Below are positions 30,502 through 40,041 of a stretch of DNA of 64,000 nt, piece by piece. The notes beneath the pieces are model-generated. The model was not told the origin of the DNA. It ran no database searches and saw nothing but the letters and a program-made list of their open reading frames with translations. Each line of letters opens with the position of its first letter. Position 1 is the first letter of the stretch. Both the position numbers and the translations under genes were made by a program. Source of the DNA: Candidatus Latescibacterota bacterium (GTDB lineage: Bacteria > Latescibacterota > UBA2968 > GCA-2709665); contig CBDCOX010000002.1 of the NCBI GenBank assembly GCA_965219995.1, positions 4,864,001 to 4,928,000 of the forward strand. The letters are read 5' to 3'.

Positions 30502-31642
30502 AATTCAGGCGCGGCGAAAAGTGGGTCGCGGATGGAACATTTTCCTCATATTGTGTATCTTGTACATACCGGTTCCCGTCCGTGTGGCCGCCGAGACGTC
30601 CTGGCCGCTGTTCCGTGGCGACGCGCAATCCACGGGGTTCGCGCGGGAATCGCTTCCCGAGAGCCTTGTTGTCGCGTGGACGGCCCGCGTACCCGAGGGC
30701 ATCGAGTCCACGGCGGCGATCCGCAAGGGTGCGGTTTTCGTCGGCGGGCTGGACGGCCATCTCTACGCGTTCGATTTCGACACCGGCGCGTTGAAATGGA
30801 AGTACCCGGCCGGGGGGGAGATCAAGGCCTCCCCGCTGGTGGCGGATCATGCGGTTTTCTTCGGAGACGGGGACGGCGGTTTTCACGCCGTGGATGCGTC
30901 ATCGGGCAAGGGGTTGTGGACGTATCGGACCGGGGGAGAGATCATCTCTTCCGCCACGTCGTATGAAGGCCGGGTGATCTTCGGGTCCTACGATCAGTTC
31001 CTGTACTGTCTCAACGCGGAGGACGGGTCGCTGGTCTGGAAGCTGGAGACGGAGGGATACGTTCACGGAACCCCGGCCGTCTGGGGCGAACGCGTGCTCG
31101 TCGCCGGTTGCGACGGTCTGCTGCGGATGGTGCACGCGGATGGCGGAGAAGAAGTATCGAGGGTGGAACTGTTCGACTACGTGGCGGCAAGTGTTGCCGT
31201 GCGCAATGGCAGGGCTTACGCGGGTACTTTCGGCAACCAGGTCCTGGGCCTGGATCTGCGGGCGGCGAAGGTCCTGTGGCGTTACCAACACCCCAGCCGG
31301 AAGTTTCCGTTTTACGCGTCGCCGGCGGTTGCGCAAGGTCACGTGATTGTCGCCGGGCGCGACAGGATGGTGCGCGCGCTTCGTCCGGACAACGGCGACC
31401 TGCTGTGGATTCGGGCGTTCCGTTCTCGCGTCGACTCCTCACCGGTTGTCGCGGGTAAACGGGTGTACGTGGGCACGAACGGCGGGAGAATCGTGGCGCT
31501 GGACCTGGACTCGGGCGAACCGGGGTGGGAATTCGTGACCGGTTCGGGAGTCCTGGCGTCGCCGAGCGTGGCCGGCGGGAGGCTGGTGATCGGCACCGCA
31601 GACGGGACGCTTTACTGTTTTGGCGGCGAGGTAAGCGAATGA
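30485..31642 (+). CDS. Secreted PQQ-like/BamB-like beta-propeller protein
   Basis: Signal-like N-terminus, WPLFRGD, repeated SSP...YAFD..TG..KW blades. Confidence 0.85.
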
Positions 31643-32985
31643 CCTCTCAGGTTCACATTCCGGAACCCGCGACTTCCAGGAAGGAATGGAAGGAAACCGC
31701 GGTCGGAAGCGTCTTCGTGTCCAACTATCCCCCTTATTCGTTCTGGCGGGATGAGCACAACGCGCAGGTCGAATCGATGTTGCAGGATTCGGACCCTTCG
31801 GCAGGGGATGTGCCGCTCGGACTGTATCTGCATATTCCGTTTTGCAGGAAGCGATGCAAGTTCTGCTATTTTCGCGTGTATACGGATCGCAACAGTTCCG
31901 AAATTCAGCTCTATCTGGATGCGCTGGCCCGAGAGGTGGAGAATTTCGCCGGGCTGCCGAGAATCGCCGGACGCAGCTTGCAATTCGTCTACTTCGGCGG
32001 GGGAACGCCGTCGTACATCAGCGTGAAGCACCTGAACGCGCTGGTGGACCGGCTGAAGGCCGTATTGCCGTGGGACGACGCCGAAGAGGTGGCGTTCGAG
32101 TGCGAGCCGGGCACCCTTTCGCAGCCGAAGGTAGAGGCCATTCGAGAGATCGGCGTGACCCGGCTCAGCCTGGGCCTGGAGAACCTGAATGACGGGATAC
32201 TTAAGGAGAACGGCCGGGCGCACGTCGGCAAAGAGATCCACCGGTCGATGGGCTGGGTGAAGGCACAGGCGTTCGAACAGGTGAACGTGGACCTGATTTC
32301 GGGAATGGTGGGCGAGACCTGGCAGACCTGGAAGGAAACCGTTCAGGGTACGATCGATCTGGACCCCGACAGTGTCACGATCTATCAGATGGAGCTGCCA
32401 TTCAACACCACGTATTCCCGTACGCTATTGGATGGAAACGGGTTGACGGTTGCCGACTGGGACACGAAGCGCGCCTGGCATGCCCATGCGATCGACGCGT
32501 TCGGTGAAGCGGGCTACGAGATTTCGAGTGCTTATACGATGGTCAAGAAAGGGCGACCGAAGCGGTTTGTCTATCGGGACGCGCTCTGGCGCAGCGCGGA
32601 CCTGATCGGCGCGGGCGTCGCGTCGTTTTCACACGTGGGCGGGATACACTTTCAGAATCACACGCAGTGGGACCCCTACGTCGAAGCTTGCATGCAGGAG
32701 CGGCTGCCGCTGAACCGGTCCTTCCTGCCCACCGACGAGGAGCGCCTGGTACGCGAGATGATCCTGCAACTCAAGCTCGGACGTATCGAGACAGCGTATT
32801 TTCAGGATAAATTCGGTGTGGATATCCTCGAACGGTTTGGCGAAGCCTACGGGAAGCTGAGAGATTACGGCATGCTGGAATTCGATGCAACGGAGGTCAG
32901 GATGACGCGCGACGGGTTGTTGCGTGTGGATCAATTGCTGCCGGAATTCTATCACGAGGTCTATCGGGATTCGAGGTATACGTGA
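31639..32985 (+). CDS. HemN-like (class C) radical SAM enzyme
   Basis: NYPP, LYLHIPFCRKRCKFCYF (CxxxCxxC), YFGGGTPS. Confidence 0.9.
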   Translation: MTSQVHIPEPATSRKEWKETAVGSVFVSNYPPYSFWRDEHNAQVESMLQDSDPSAGDVPLGLYLHIPFCRKRCKFCYFRVYTDRNSSEIQLYLDALAREVENFAGLPRIAGRSLQFVYFGGGTPSYISVKHLNALVDRLKAVLPWDDAEEVAFECEPGTLSQPKVEAIREIGVTRLSLGLENLNDGILKENGRAHVGKEIHRSMGWVKAQAFEQVNVDLISGMVGETWQTWKETVQGTIDLDPDSVTIYQMELPFNTTYSRTLLDGNGLTVADWDTKRAWHAHAIDAFGEAGYEISSAYTMVKKGRPKRFVYRDALWRSADLIGAGVASFSHVGGIHFQNHTQWDPYVEACMQERLPLNRSFLPTDEERLVREMILQLKLGRIETAYFQDKFGVDILERFGEAYGKLRDYGMLEFDATEVRMTRDGLLRVDQLLPEFYHEVYRDSRYT

Positions 32986-33035
32986 AGCCCTACGAAGACT
33001 TGCCGTCCTGAAAGGTCAGAAAGGAAGAACGCAAG

Positions 33036-34256
33036 ATGCATCGAATATCGTTATTGATTGTCGCGTTCCTGTGGATTGACGTCCCATCGGTTCGAGCGGA
33101 TTGGCCCCAATGGCTGGGTCCGAACCGGACCGGCATTTCGCGCGAGACCGGATTCCTGAAGTCCTGGCCGAAGGGCGGTCCGCCGGTAGTGTGGAAGAAG
33201 AACCTCGGCGAGGGGTTTTCGGGGATTTCGGTCGCGAACGGCCGCGTCTTCACCATGTTCGCCGAGGGTGACGATGAGTTCGTCATTTGTCTGAAAGAGG
33301 AATCGGGAGGCGAGATCTGGCGGTTCAGGACAGGGGGCGCCTTCGAGGAATGGCAGGGCGGCAACGGACCCCGTTCGCAGCCGACGGTCGACGGCGATCG
33401 GGTCTACGTCCTGGGCGCGGAAGGCTGGTTGTACGCACTGAACGTGGTGAACGGTGAAAGGATCTGGGCCGTGGACCTGGTCGACGGGCTGGGCGGGCGT
33501 TTTCCCCGGTTCGGCTTTTCGAATTCGGCTCTGGTGGAAGGCGATCTGTTATTCGTGGAGGCCGCCACCCGCAAGGGTACGTTTCTGGCATTGCGCAGGA
33601 CGGACGGCAAAGTCGTCTGGGCTTCCCAGAACGACGTGGCTTCCTATTCTTCGCCCATTGCGGTGGATCTCGCCGGCGCGCGGCAGGTGGTCTATTTTTC
33701 GGGTGACGCCGCGGTCGGACTTTCGCCGGTGGACGGGTCCCTGTACTGGCGGTACCCGTGGAAGACGTCGTACGATTTGAATATCGCAACGCCCATCTTC
33801 GTGCCGCCGGATCAGATCTTCATTTCCTCGGGCTACGACCACGGCGCGGCCCTGCTGCGAATCGAGGCGGGGAATAACGGGATGGCGGTGACCAGGGTCT
33901 GGGAGAGCCGGCGGATGAAGAACCACTTCGGCACCTCCGTGCTTGTCGGGGACTATCTCTACGGATTCGATAACGCCATCCTGAAGTGTATCGAAGCCCG
34001 GACGGGAAAGGAGCAGTGGAAACACCGCGGGTACGGCAAGGGGGCGTTGATCTATGCGGACGGGCATCTTCTCCTGTTGAGCGACAACGGAAGGCTGGCC
34101 CTGGCGCGGGCAACGCCGGAAGGATTCAAGGAAAAAGCCGGCGCGCAGGTGCTTACGGGCAAAAGCTGGACCGTGCCGACGCTGGCCAACGGCCGCGTGT
34201 TCGTCAGGGATATGCGTAAGATCGTCTGTCTGGATCTCAGGGAGGGCGGGGAGTGA
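33036..34256 (+). CDS. Secreted PQQ-like beta-propeller protein
   Basis: Signal peptide, DWPQWLGPNRTG, GPRSQPTV, YSSP. Confidence 0.85.
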   Translation: MHRISLLIVAFLWIDVPSVRADWPQWLGPNRTGISRETGFLKSWPKGGPPVVWKKNLGEGFSGISVANGRVFTMFAEGDDEFVICLKEESGGEIWRFRTGGAFEEWQGGNGPRSQPTVDGDRVYVLGAEGWLYALNVVNGERIWAVDLVDGLGGRFPRFGFSNSALVEGDLLFVEAATRKGTFLALRRTDGKVVWASQNDVASYSSPIAVDLAGARQVVYFSGDAAVGLSPVDGSLYWRYPWKTSYDLNIATPIFVPPDQIFISSGYDHGAALLRIEAGNNGMAVTRVWESRRMKNHFGTSVLVGDYLYGFDNAILKCIEARTGKEQWKHRGYGKGALIYADGHLLLLSDNGRLALARATPEGFKEKAGAQVLTGKSWTVPTLANGRVFVRDMRKIVCLDLREGGE

Positions 34257-34281
34257 TCCGGCTAAATCATGAACTGAGATT

Positions 34282-34686
34282 TAACATGGATATACAGGAT
34301 GGACAGGATAAAAACCAAAGGCGGGCAACCACACGGGTTGCCCCTACGAATACAACGTGAACGCTGTCGGATAGGATGAGTCGAATGTGAAACGGTAAAG
34401 ATGAAGTGGAAAGGACTCCAGCTCGATTCCACGGTAGATCATCCATAAGAAAGGTGCTTGCATGGAACATGTGATTGTTTTTCAGTACCGTTAACGTCGA
34501 AGAACCGCATCTGCGTGTTTCGATGCCGGCTCGTGCAGGCTCGTATTTTTGGATTTCTCAAATTTACTTTAATGAAATAAAGAAGAGACTTATAAAACGA
34601 AAAATCGTGTCAATTAAGTTGCGATTGAATTGGTTCAAGCCGTCTGTTTTTTGTTTTTATCCTGTTCATCCTGTCCATCCATGTAA
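34282..34686. repeat. Inverted pair of 9-mer (ACAGGAT-NN) arrays
   Basis: ACATGGATATACAGGATGGACAGGATAAAA (34284-34313) vs TTTTATCCTGTTCATCCTGTCCATCCATGT (34655-34684). Confidence 0.8.
34322..34348 (-). repeat. GTAG-family REP
   Basis: Reverse complement is CGTAGGGGCAACCCGTGTGGTTGCCCG. Confidence 0.75.
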
Positions 34687-34710
34687 GTTTATGTTGAGAG
34701 AGGGAATCGC

Positions 34711-36828
34711 ATGTCGCGTATGTGCCGAACGGGTTTGGTGGCTGTCACTCTTCTGGGTCTGCTGGTAAACGCCTCGTTTGCCGCGGATGACAAGGCCGAT
34801 GAGGACGCCGGGGACGACCTTCCGGTCTATGCCGGTGAAGAGATCGTGGTGACGGAGAGCAAGGAAAAGGTTGCCACGATCGGTTCCGTTGCCAGCAAGA
34901 TTCCGGTACCCCTCAGCGAAACGCCCGCGAGCGTCAGTGTGGTCAATCGCGGACTGATCGAACATCAGAGCGGCGTGGTTCTCGGCGACGCGCTGCGAAA
35001 CGTCAGCGGCGTAAACGTGCAGACGGTGTTCGGCGTGACGGATTTCTTCGTGATTCGCGGATTCGACTCGCTATCGAGCGGGCTGGTGCTCACGGACGGC
35101 GCGTCCGAGCCGGAGGCCACGTTCTACAACCTTTACAACCTGGACCGGGTGGAGGTGCTGAAAGGCCCGGGCGCGTTTCTCTATGGCGCCAATCCGCTGT
35201 CCGGATCGGTCAATCTGAACCGGAAGCAACCCGTCTTCGAGCCCATGTTCCAGGCCAGCGGCGCTTACGGGCCATTCGGGAGTCTGCGCGGAACCGTCGA
35301 TGCGGGCTGGGCGGATCCCGCGCAGGGGTTGGCCGCGCGTTTCAACGGCCTCCGACAGGTCTCGGACAACTACCGTGACGACAAGCACAGCGGGATCTGG
35401 GCGTTGAACCCCGCCGTCACCCTTCGAAATGAAAAGACGACGGCGACGGCGAATCTCGAATACGTGACGAGCGAGTACAAGTCGGATTCGGGGCTGCCCG
35501 TGGCCGGCGGACAGCTGGCCGATGTGCCCCGTACCCGTTCCTACCAGTCACCGTTCGACGTTTCAGACCAGGAAATTATCCGGGTGCGGATGGATCTGCA
35601 GACCCGGTTGTCTCCCCGGGTCACGTTGCGCAATAAACTGTATTACACCGATTTTTCCTGGATCTCCAACGGCACGCTGTTCAACGGTGTGTTTCCCAAT
35701 GCCGCGGGAAGCCTGGATCTGATCCGGACGCTGCTGCTCCTCGACGACAGGCAGAAGGTGCTGGGCAATCAGCTTGAGTTCGTGTTTTCCTTTTCCACCG
35801 GACGGGTCAGGCATACGCTCCTGGCGGGTCTGGAACTGATGCGGTGGACGGACCGGTTTACGCTCGACGTCGCGGTCCTGCCGACTATCGATCTGTACCA
35901 ACCCGTCGAGACGGCCGCGCTCCCGCATTTCGTGGTACCGGACCAGTCGCGAGCGGCCGATGCGACGAGCGGCGTTGTTGCGCCCTTTGTCGTCGACCGC
36001 ATTGTGTTTTCAGATTTCTTCCACGCGTTCGTGGGCGGCCGCTTCGATCGGATACGGTACGACGACCCGGTCACGTCCACGTCGAGGGCGTTCAACGAAT
36101 TGAGTCCGATGGCAGGCGTGTCACTCAATCCCGCCGAGGACCTGACCCTCTATGCCAGCGCGGGCAAGGCCTTTGCGCCGCCATCGAGCCTCGTGGCGGG
36201 ACCCCGCGACGTCGAATCCGCCACGCAGTTCGAGGCGGGCGCGAAAAAGTACCTTGTCGACAACCGCCTGCACGCGTCTCTGGCCGTCTTCGATCTGCGG
36301 AAGTACGGCATCGGCATTCCGGATGAGACCGGCGTGACGAAACAGGACGGCGACCAGCGGTCGCGGGGCATGGAACTGGAAATGATGGCGCGACCCGGAG
36401 GCGGTTGCCACGTTTTCCTGACGTATGCGTTTTCCAATGCGGAGCTGACGCGCTTTACGGAGATGCTGGCCGTACCCACGCCCACCGGGATGCAGTTCCG
36501 GCACCTGGACCGGTCCGGCAACCAACCGGCCTGGTCGCCGCGTCATATTCTCAATATCTGGAGCGCGCTGGGCTTCGATAACGGGTTCGAACTGGGCATG
36601 GGCGCCAGGTACGTCGGGAGCCAGTTCATTGCCGAGGACAATCAGTTCGGCATCGGCGGGGTGCTGACGCTCGACGCTTCGGCGTCGTATACCTTTAAGC
36701 AGACGACGATCAGACTCAATGCCAGGAATCTGACCGATCGAGTATATGAGACACGCGGGTTCGGCGCGATGTCGGTGATCCCTGCGCCCCCGTTCGGTCT
36801 GTACAGCGCGATCCAGGTCGAGCTATGA
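34711..36828 (+). CDS. TonB-dependent receptor (siderophore-type)
   Basis: Signal peptide, EEIVVT TonB box, ETPASVSVV, IRGF, RVEVLKGP, NLTDRVY. Confidence 0.92.
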   Translation: MSRMCRTGLVAVTLLGLLVNASFAADDKADEDAGDDLPVYAGEEIVVTESKEKVATIGSVASKIPVPLSETPASVSVVNRGLIEHQSGVVLGDALRNVSGVNVQTVFGVTDFFVIRGFDSLSSGLVLTDGASEPEATFYNLYNLDRVEVLKGPGAFLYGANPLSGSVNLNRKQPVFEPMFQASGAYGPFGSLRGTVDAGWADPAQGLAARFNGLRQVSDNYRDDKHSGIWALNPAVTLRNEKTTATANLEYVTSEYKSDSGLPVAGGQLADVPRTRSYQSPFDVSDQEIIRVRMDLQTRLSPRVTLRNKLYYTDFSWISNGTLFNGVFPNAAGSLDLIRTLLLLDDRQKVLGNQLEFVFSFSTGRVRHTLLAGLELMRWTDRFTLDVAVLPTIDLYQPVETAALPHFVVPDQSRAADATSGVVAPFVVDRIVFSDFFHAFVGGRFDRIRYDDPVTSTSRAFNELSPMAGVSLNPAEDLTLYASAGKAFAPPSSLVAGPRDVESATQFEAGAKKYLVDNRLHASLAVFDLRKYGIGIPDETGVTKQDGDQRSRGMELEMMARPGGGCHVFLTYAFSNAELTRFTEMLAVPTPTGMQFRHLDRSGNQPAWSPRHILNIWSALGFDNGFELGMGARYVGSQFIAEDNQFGIGGVLTLDASASYTFKQTTIRLNARNLTDRVYETRGFGAMSVIPAPPFGLYSAIQVEL

Positions 36829-38102
36829 GTTCCGTCAACCCGGAACCGGAACCGGACGTACAGGTTGAATCTCAGCTCGCGCGCCTGCGGGACATGCTTG
36901 TCCCGGTCATGCGGGACAACGCGTTTTATGGAAAGAAGCTGGCGGGCGCGGGGCTGTCCGGTCCCGGCGACGTCCGGACCCTCGAAGACTACCGGCGGCT
37001 GCCCTTTACCACCAAGGCCGAACTGTCGGCCGACCAGGACGCACACCCGCCGTACGGGTCCAATCTGACATTTGAACTGGCGGACTACGTCCGGGTGCAT
37101 CAGACGTCGGGCACGACGGGCAGGCCCCTGCGCTGGCTGGACACGCGGCGAAGCTGGGACTGGTTCGCACGCTGCTGGCGCCGGGTTTTCGATGGCGCCT
37201 CGGTAACGGCTGAGGACCGTCTGTTCTTCGCCTTCTCGTTCGGCCCGTTTATCGGGTTCTGGACGGCCCACGAAGCCGCGCGGATGATCGGGGCGATGGC
37301 TGTCACGGGCGGTTCGATGTCGTCCGTCCAGCGGCTTCAGGCCATAGACGAACACCGGGCGACGGTCCTGATCTGCACGCCGACGTACGCGCTGCACCTG
37401 GCGGAGGTGGCCGAAGCCGAGGGGATCGATATCGCGGCGTCCAGCATCCGCGCCACGATCCACGCCGGGGAGCCGGGGGCCGGTCTGCCGGCGACGCGGC
37501 GGCGGATCGAGGAAGCCTGGGGCGCAACGTGCTATGATCACGCCGGCGCCACCGAGGTGGGGGCCTGGGGGTTCGAGTGTCGCGCCCGGAACGGCATGCA
37601 CGTGAACGAAGCCGAGTTCATCTGCGAAGTGATCGATCCGGATTCCGGCGAGCAGGCCGATGAAGGGGAACTGGTCCTGACGAACCTGGGGCGCGAAGGG
37701 ATGCCGGTGATCCGTTACCGCACCGGCGACCGCGTATCGCGCGCGAAGGGGACATGCCCTTGCGGGTCCGGGTTCCTCCGGTTGGAAAACGGCGTGGTCG
37801 GCCGTATCGACGGCGGGATCATCATACGCGGAATCGTCATCTACCCAAGCGCCGTTGAGAACGTCGTCAGGACCTTTCCCGAAGTGACGGAGTTCGCTGT
37901 CGACGTGTACCGCCGCCGCTCCCTGGATGAAATGGAGATTCGCCTGGAAGTGAAGGGCGCGGCGCCGGATTCCGTTGTCGATGCCGTGGCGCGGGAGGCG
38001 AGACGAAAGCTTGGGTTGCGTCTCGGCGTTCGTACGGTTGAGATGAACACGCTGCCCAGGTACGAACTGAAGGCCAGGCGGTTTACGGACCATCGTGACT
38101 GA
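36825..38102 (+). CDS. PaaK-like (phenylacetate-CoA ligase family) aryl-CoA ligase
   Basis: LPFTTK, HQTSGTTG, AGEPG, GATE, IRYRTGD, GRID, YPSAVE. Confidence 0.9.
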   Translation: MSSVNPEPEPDVQVESQLARLRDMLVPVMRDNAFYGKKLAGAGLSGPGDVRTLEDYRRLPFTTKAELSADQDAHPPYGSNLTFELADYVRVHQTSGTTGRPLRWLDTRRSWDWFARCWRRVFDGASVTAEDRLFFAFSFGPFIGFWTAHEAARMIGAMAVTGGSMSSVQRLQAIDEHRATVLICTPTYALHLAEVAEAEGIDIAASSIRATIHAGEPGAGLPATRRRIEEAWGATCYDHAGATEVGAWGFECRARNGMHVNEAEFICEVIDPDSGEQADEGELVLTNLGREGMPVIRYRTGDRVSRAKGTCPCGSGFLRLENGVVGRIDGGIIIRGIVIYPSAVENVVRTFPEVTEFAVDVYRRRSLDEMEIRLEVKGAAPDSVVDAVAREARRKLGLRLGVRTVEMNTLPRYELKARRFTDHRD

Positions 38103-39390
38103 ATTTGCTCGGGAAGATCAGATGGGTTCAGATCCCTACGATGTCATTGTGATCGGCGGCGGCCCTGCAGGAAGTACGGTCGCGGCGCTGGTCGCCGTGC
38201 ATGGTCATCGGGTCCTGCTGTTGGAACGCGAGCGATTTCCGAGATTTCAGATCGGCGAGTCGCTGATGCCGGGGACCTACTGGTCGTTCAAACGCCTGGG
38301 CGTCCTCGAAAAATTGAAGAAGAGCGCATTTGTCAGGAAGTACAGCGTGCAGTTCTTCGGCGCTTCGGGCCGCGGGTCGGCGCCATTCTACTTCCATCGG
38401 CACGATCCGCACGAGAGTTCGGTCACGTGGCAGGTGCTGCGGAGCGAGTTCGACCGGATGATGCTGGAGAACGCCCGCGAAAAAGGGGCGTGCGTGAGGC
38501 AGGGGGCCGCCGTTCAGGAGGTCCTCTTCGACGGTGGCCGGGCCGTCGGGGTCAGGGCCAGATACGGCGACGGCAGCCTGAACGACCTCCCGGCCCGCGT
38601 GGTGGTGGATGCGACGGGCCGCAGCGCCCTGATTTCCCGCAAGCTCAATATCAAGACCGAAGAGCCCACGTTGAGGAAGGCGTCTCTGTTTACGCATTTT
38701 GAGAGCGCGTCCAGAGACGAGGGGATCGACGAGGGGGCGACCCTGATCCTGCACACGAACACAAAGGACGCGTGGTTCTGGTACATCCCGCTGGCCGGCG
38801 ACGTTGTCAGCGTCGGGGTGGTTGGAGACCTGGACTATCTCCTGCGGCATCGGGCGGGAACGCACCAGGAGATCTTCCGGGAGGAGCTGGAGAGATGCCG
38901 GCCGATGCAGGAGCGGCTGAAAGGCGCCCGGCAGTTGTTTCCCATGAAGGTGACCAGCGATTTCTCGTATCGGGCCCATTCGGTTTCGGGTGACGGCTGG
39001 GTGCTGGTTGGCGATGCCTACGGCTTTCTGGATCCGGTGTATTCCTCCGGCGTGTTCCTGGCGCTCAAATCGGGCGAGATGGCCGCCGACGCGATTCACG
39101 AGGCCGTTGTGAACGACGACTTCTCAGCCGAACGGCTGGGAAGCTGGGGCGCCGCGTTCATTCCCGGGATGGAAGCCATACGAAAGCTGGTATACGCATT
39201 CTACACCAAGGAATTCAGCTTCAGCCGATTCCTGGACGCCCATCCGGAGTGTCTGGACGGCATCGTGGATATCCTGAGCGGGAAGATCTACATGAACGAC
39301 GTCACCCCCATCTTCGGACCGATGGGGAAGATGTGCGATCTGCCCGAAGACGTTGCACACTATGAAAAAGCAACGGAAATTACGAATTAA
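38095..39390 (+). CDS. Flavin-dependent halogenase-family protein
   Basis: GGGPAG, IGESL, FVRK, WFWYIP (WxWxIP), GDA.GFLDPVYSSG. Confidence 0.82.
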   Translation: MTEFAREDQMGSDPYDVIVIGGGPAGSTVAALVAVHGHRVLLLERERFPRFQIGESLMPGTYWSFKRLGVLEKLKKSAFVRKYSVQFFGASGRGSAPFYFHRHDPHESSVTWQVLRSEFDRMMLENAREKGACVRQGAAVQEVLFDGGRAVGVRARYGDGSLNDLPARVVVDATGRSALISRKLNIKTEEPTLRKASLFTHFESASRDEGIDEGATLILHTNTKDAWFWYIPLAGDVVSVGVVGDLDYLLRHRAGTHQEIFREELERCRPMQERLKGARQLFPMKVTSDFSYRAHSVSGDGWVLVGDAYGFLDPVYSSGVFLALKSGEMAADAIHEAVVNDDFSAERLGSWGAAFIPGMEAIRKLVYAFYTKEFSFSRFLDAHPECLDGIVDILSGKIYMNDVTPIFGPMGKMCDLPEDVAHYEKATEITN

Positions 39391-40031
39391 GAATTGAGAA
39401 TTCAGAATTTAAAGCAGCTATTGGTTGCGTTTACTGAAAGATACCGGCTGTCTGTCCGAAGACGAGTTTGTTAGCATCCACTCACATGCTGAAGAACTTT
39501 GTCGGCTTCTCGCAGCGATTCAGAAGACCGCGAAGGACAAACGCAACGCCAAATCCTGATTCTTAATTTGTAATTCTCAATTCCTAATTCTAAGAGGGAT
39601 TATGGAGACGAAATGAAGGATGATAACATTGTTCAGGGTAAAGGCTATGGATTTGCAGTTCGAGTAGTAAGGCTCTATCAACACTTGTCAACGGTAAAGA
39701 GAGAATTCGTGCTTTCAAAGCAATTGTTGCGCTCTGGAACAGGTATTGGAGCCAACATAGAAGAGGCGATTGGCGGCCAGTCGCGTGCAGACTTTGTCAG
39801 CAAGATTGCCATTGCCTATAAAGAAGCTCGTGAAAGCAGCTATTGGTTGCGTTTACTGAAAGATACCGGCTATCTGTCCGAAGACGAGTTCGTTGGCATC
39901 CACTCCGATGCTGAAGAACTATGTCGGCTTCTCGCAGCGATTCAGAAGACCGCGAAGGACAAACGCAACGCCAATCCCGATTCTTAATTCTTAATTCTTA
40001 ATTCTTAATTCCTAATTCTTAATTCTTAATT
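39374..40031. repeat. GAATT-NN / AATTC-NN heptamer arrays and a ~157-bp direct repeat around the four-helix-bundle gene
   Basis: GAATTAA GAATTGA GAATTCA GAATTTA (39384-39411); AATTC arrays at 39558-39591 and 39980-40031; 39411-39568 duplicates 39833-39989. Confidence 0.88.
39613..39987 (+). CDS. Four-helix-bundle protein (23S rRNA IVP / Avd-like family)
   Basis: LSKQLLRSGTGIGANIEEA...SRADFVSK..IAYKEARESSYWLRLL. Confidence 0.92.
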   Translation: MKDDNIVQGKGYGFAVRVVRLYQHLSTVKREFVLSKQLLRSGTGIGANIEEAIGGQSRADFVSKIAIAYKEARESSYWLRLLKDTGYLSEDEFVGIHSDAEELCRLLAAIQKTAKDKRNANPDS

Positions 40032-40041
40032 GTCATTTCCC

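Noticed and set aside
34350-34710. Cobalamin riboswitch or Fur box upstream of the TonB receptor
   Set aside because: I could not recognise a B12 box or a convincing Fur palindrome; an Rfam scan would settle it
39411-39989. DGR template/variable repeat pair next to an Avd-like gene
   Set aside because: Mismatches are not adenine-specific (they include T/C, C/G and an indel), and no reverse transcriptase is in the window
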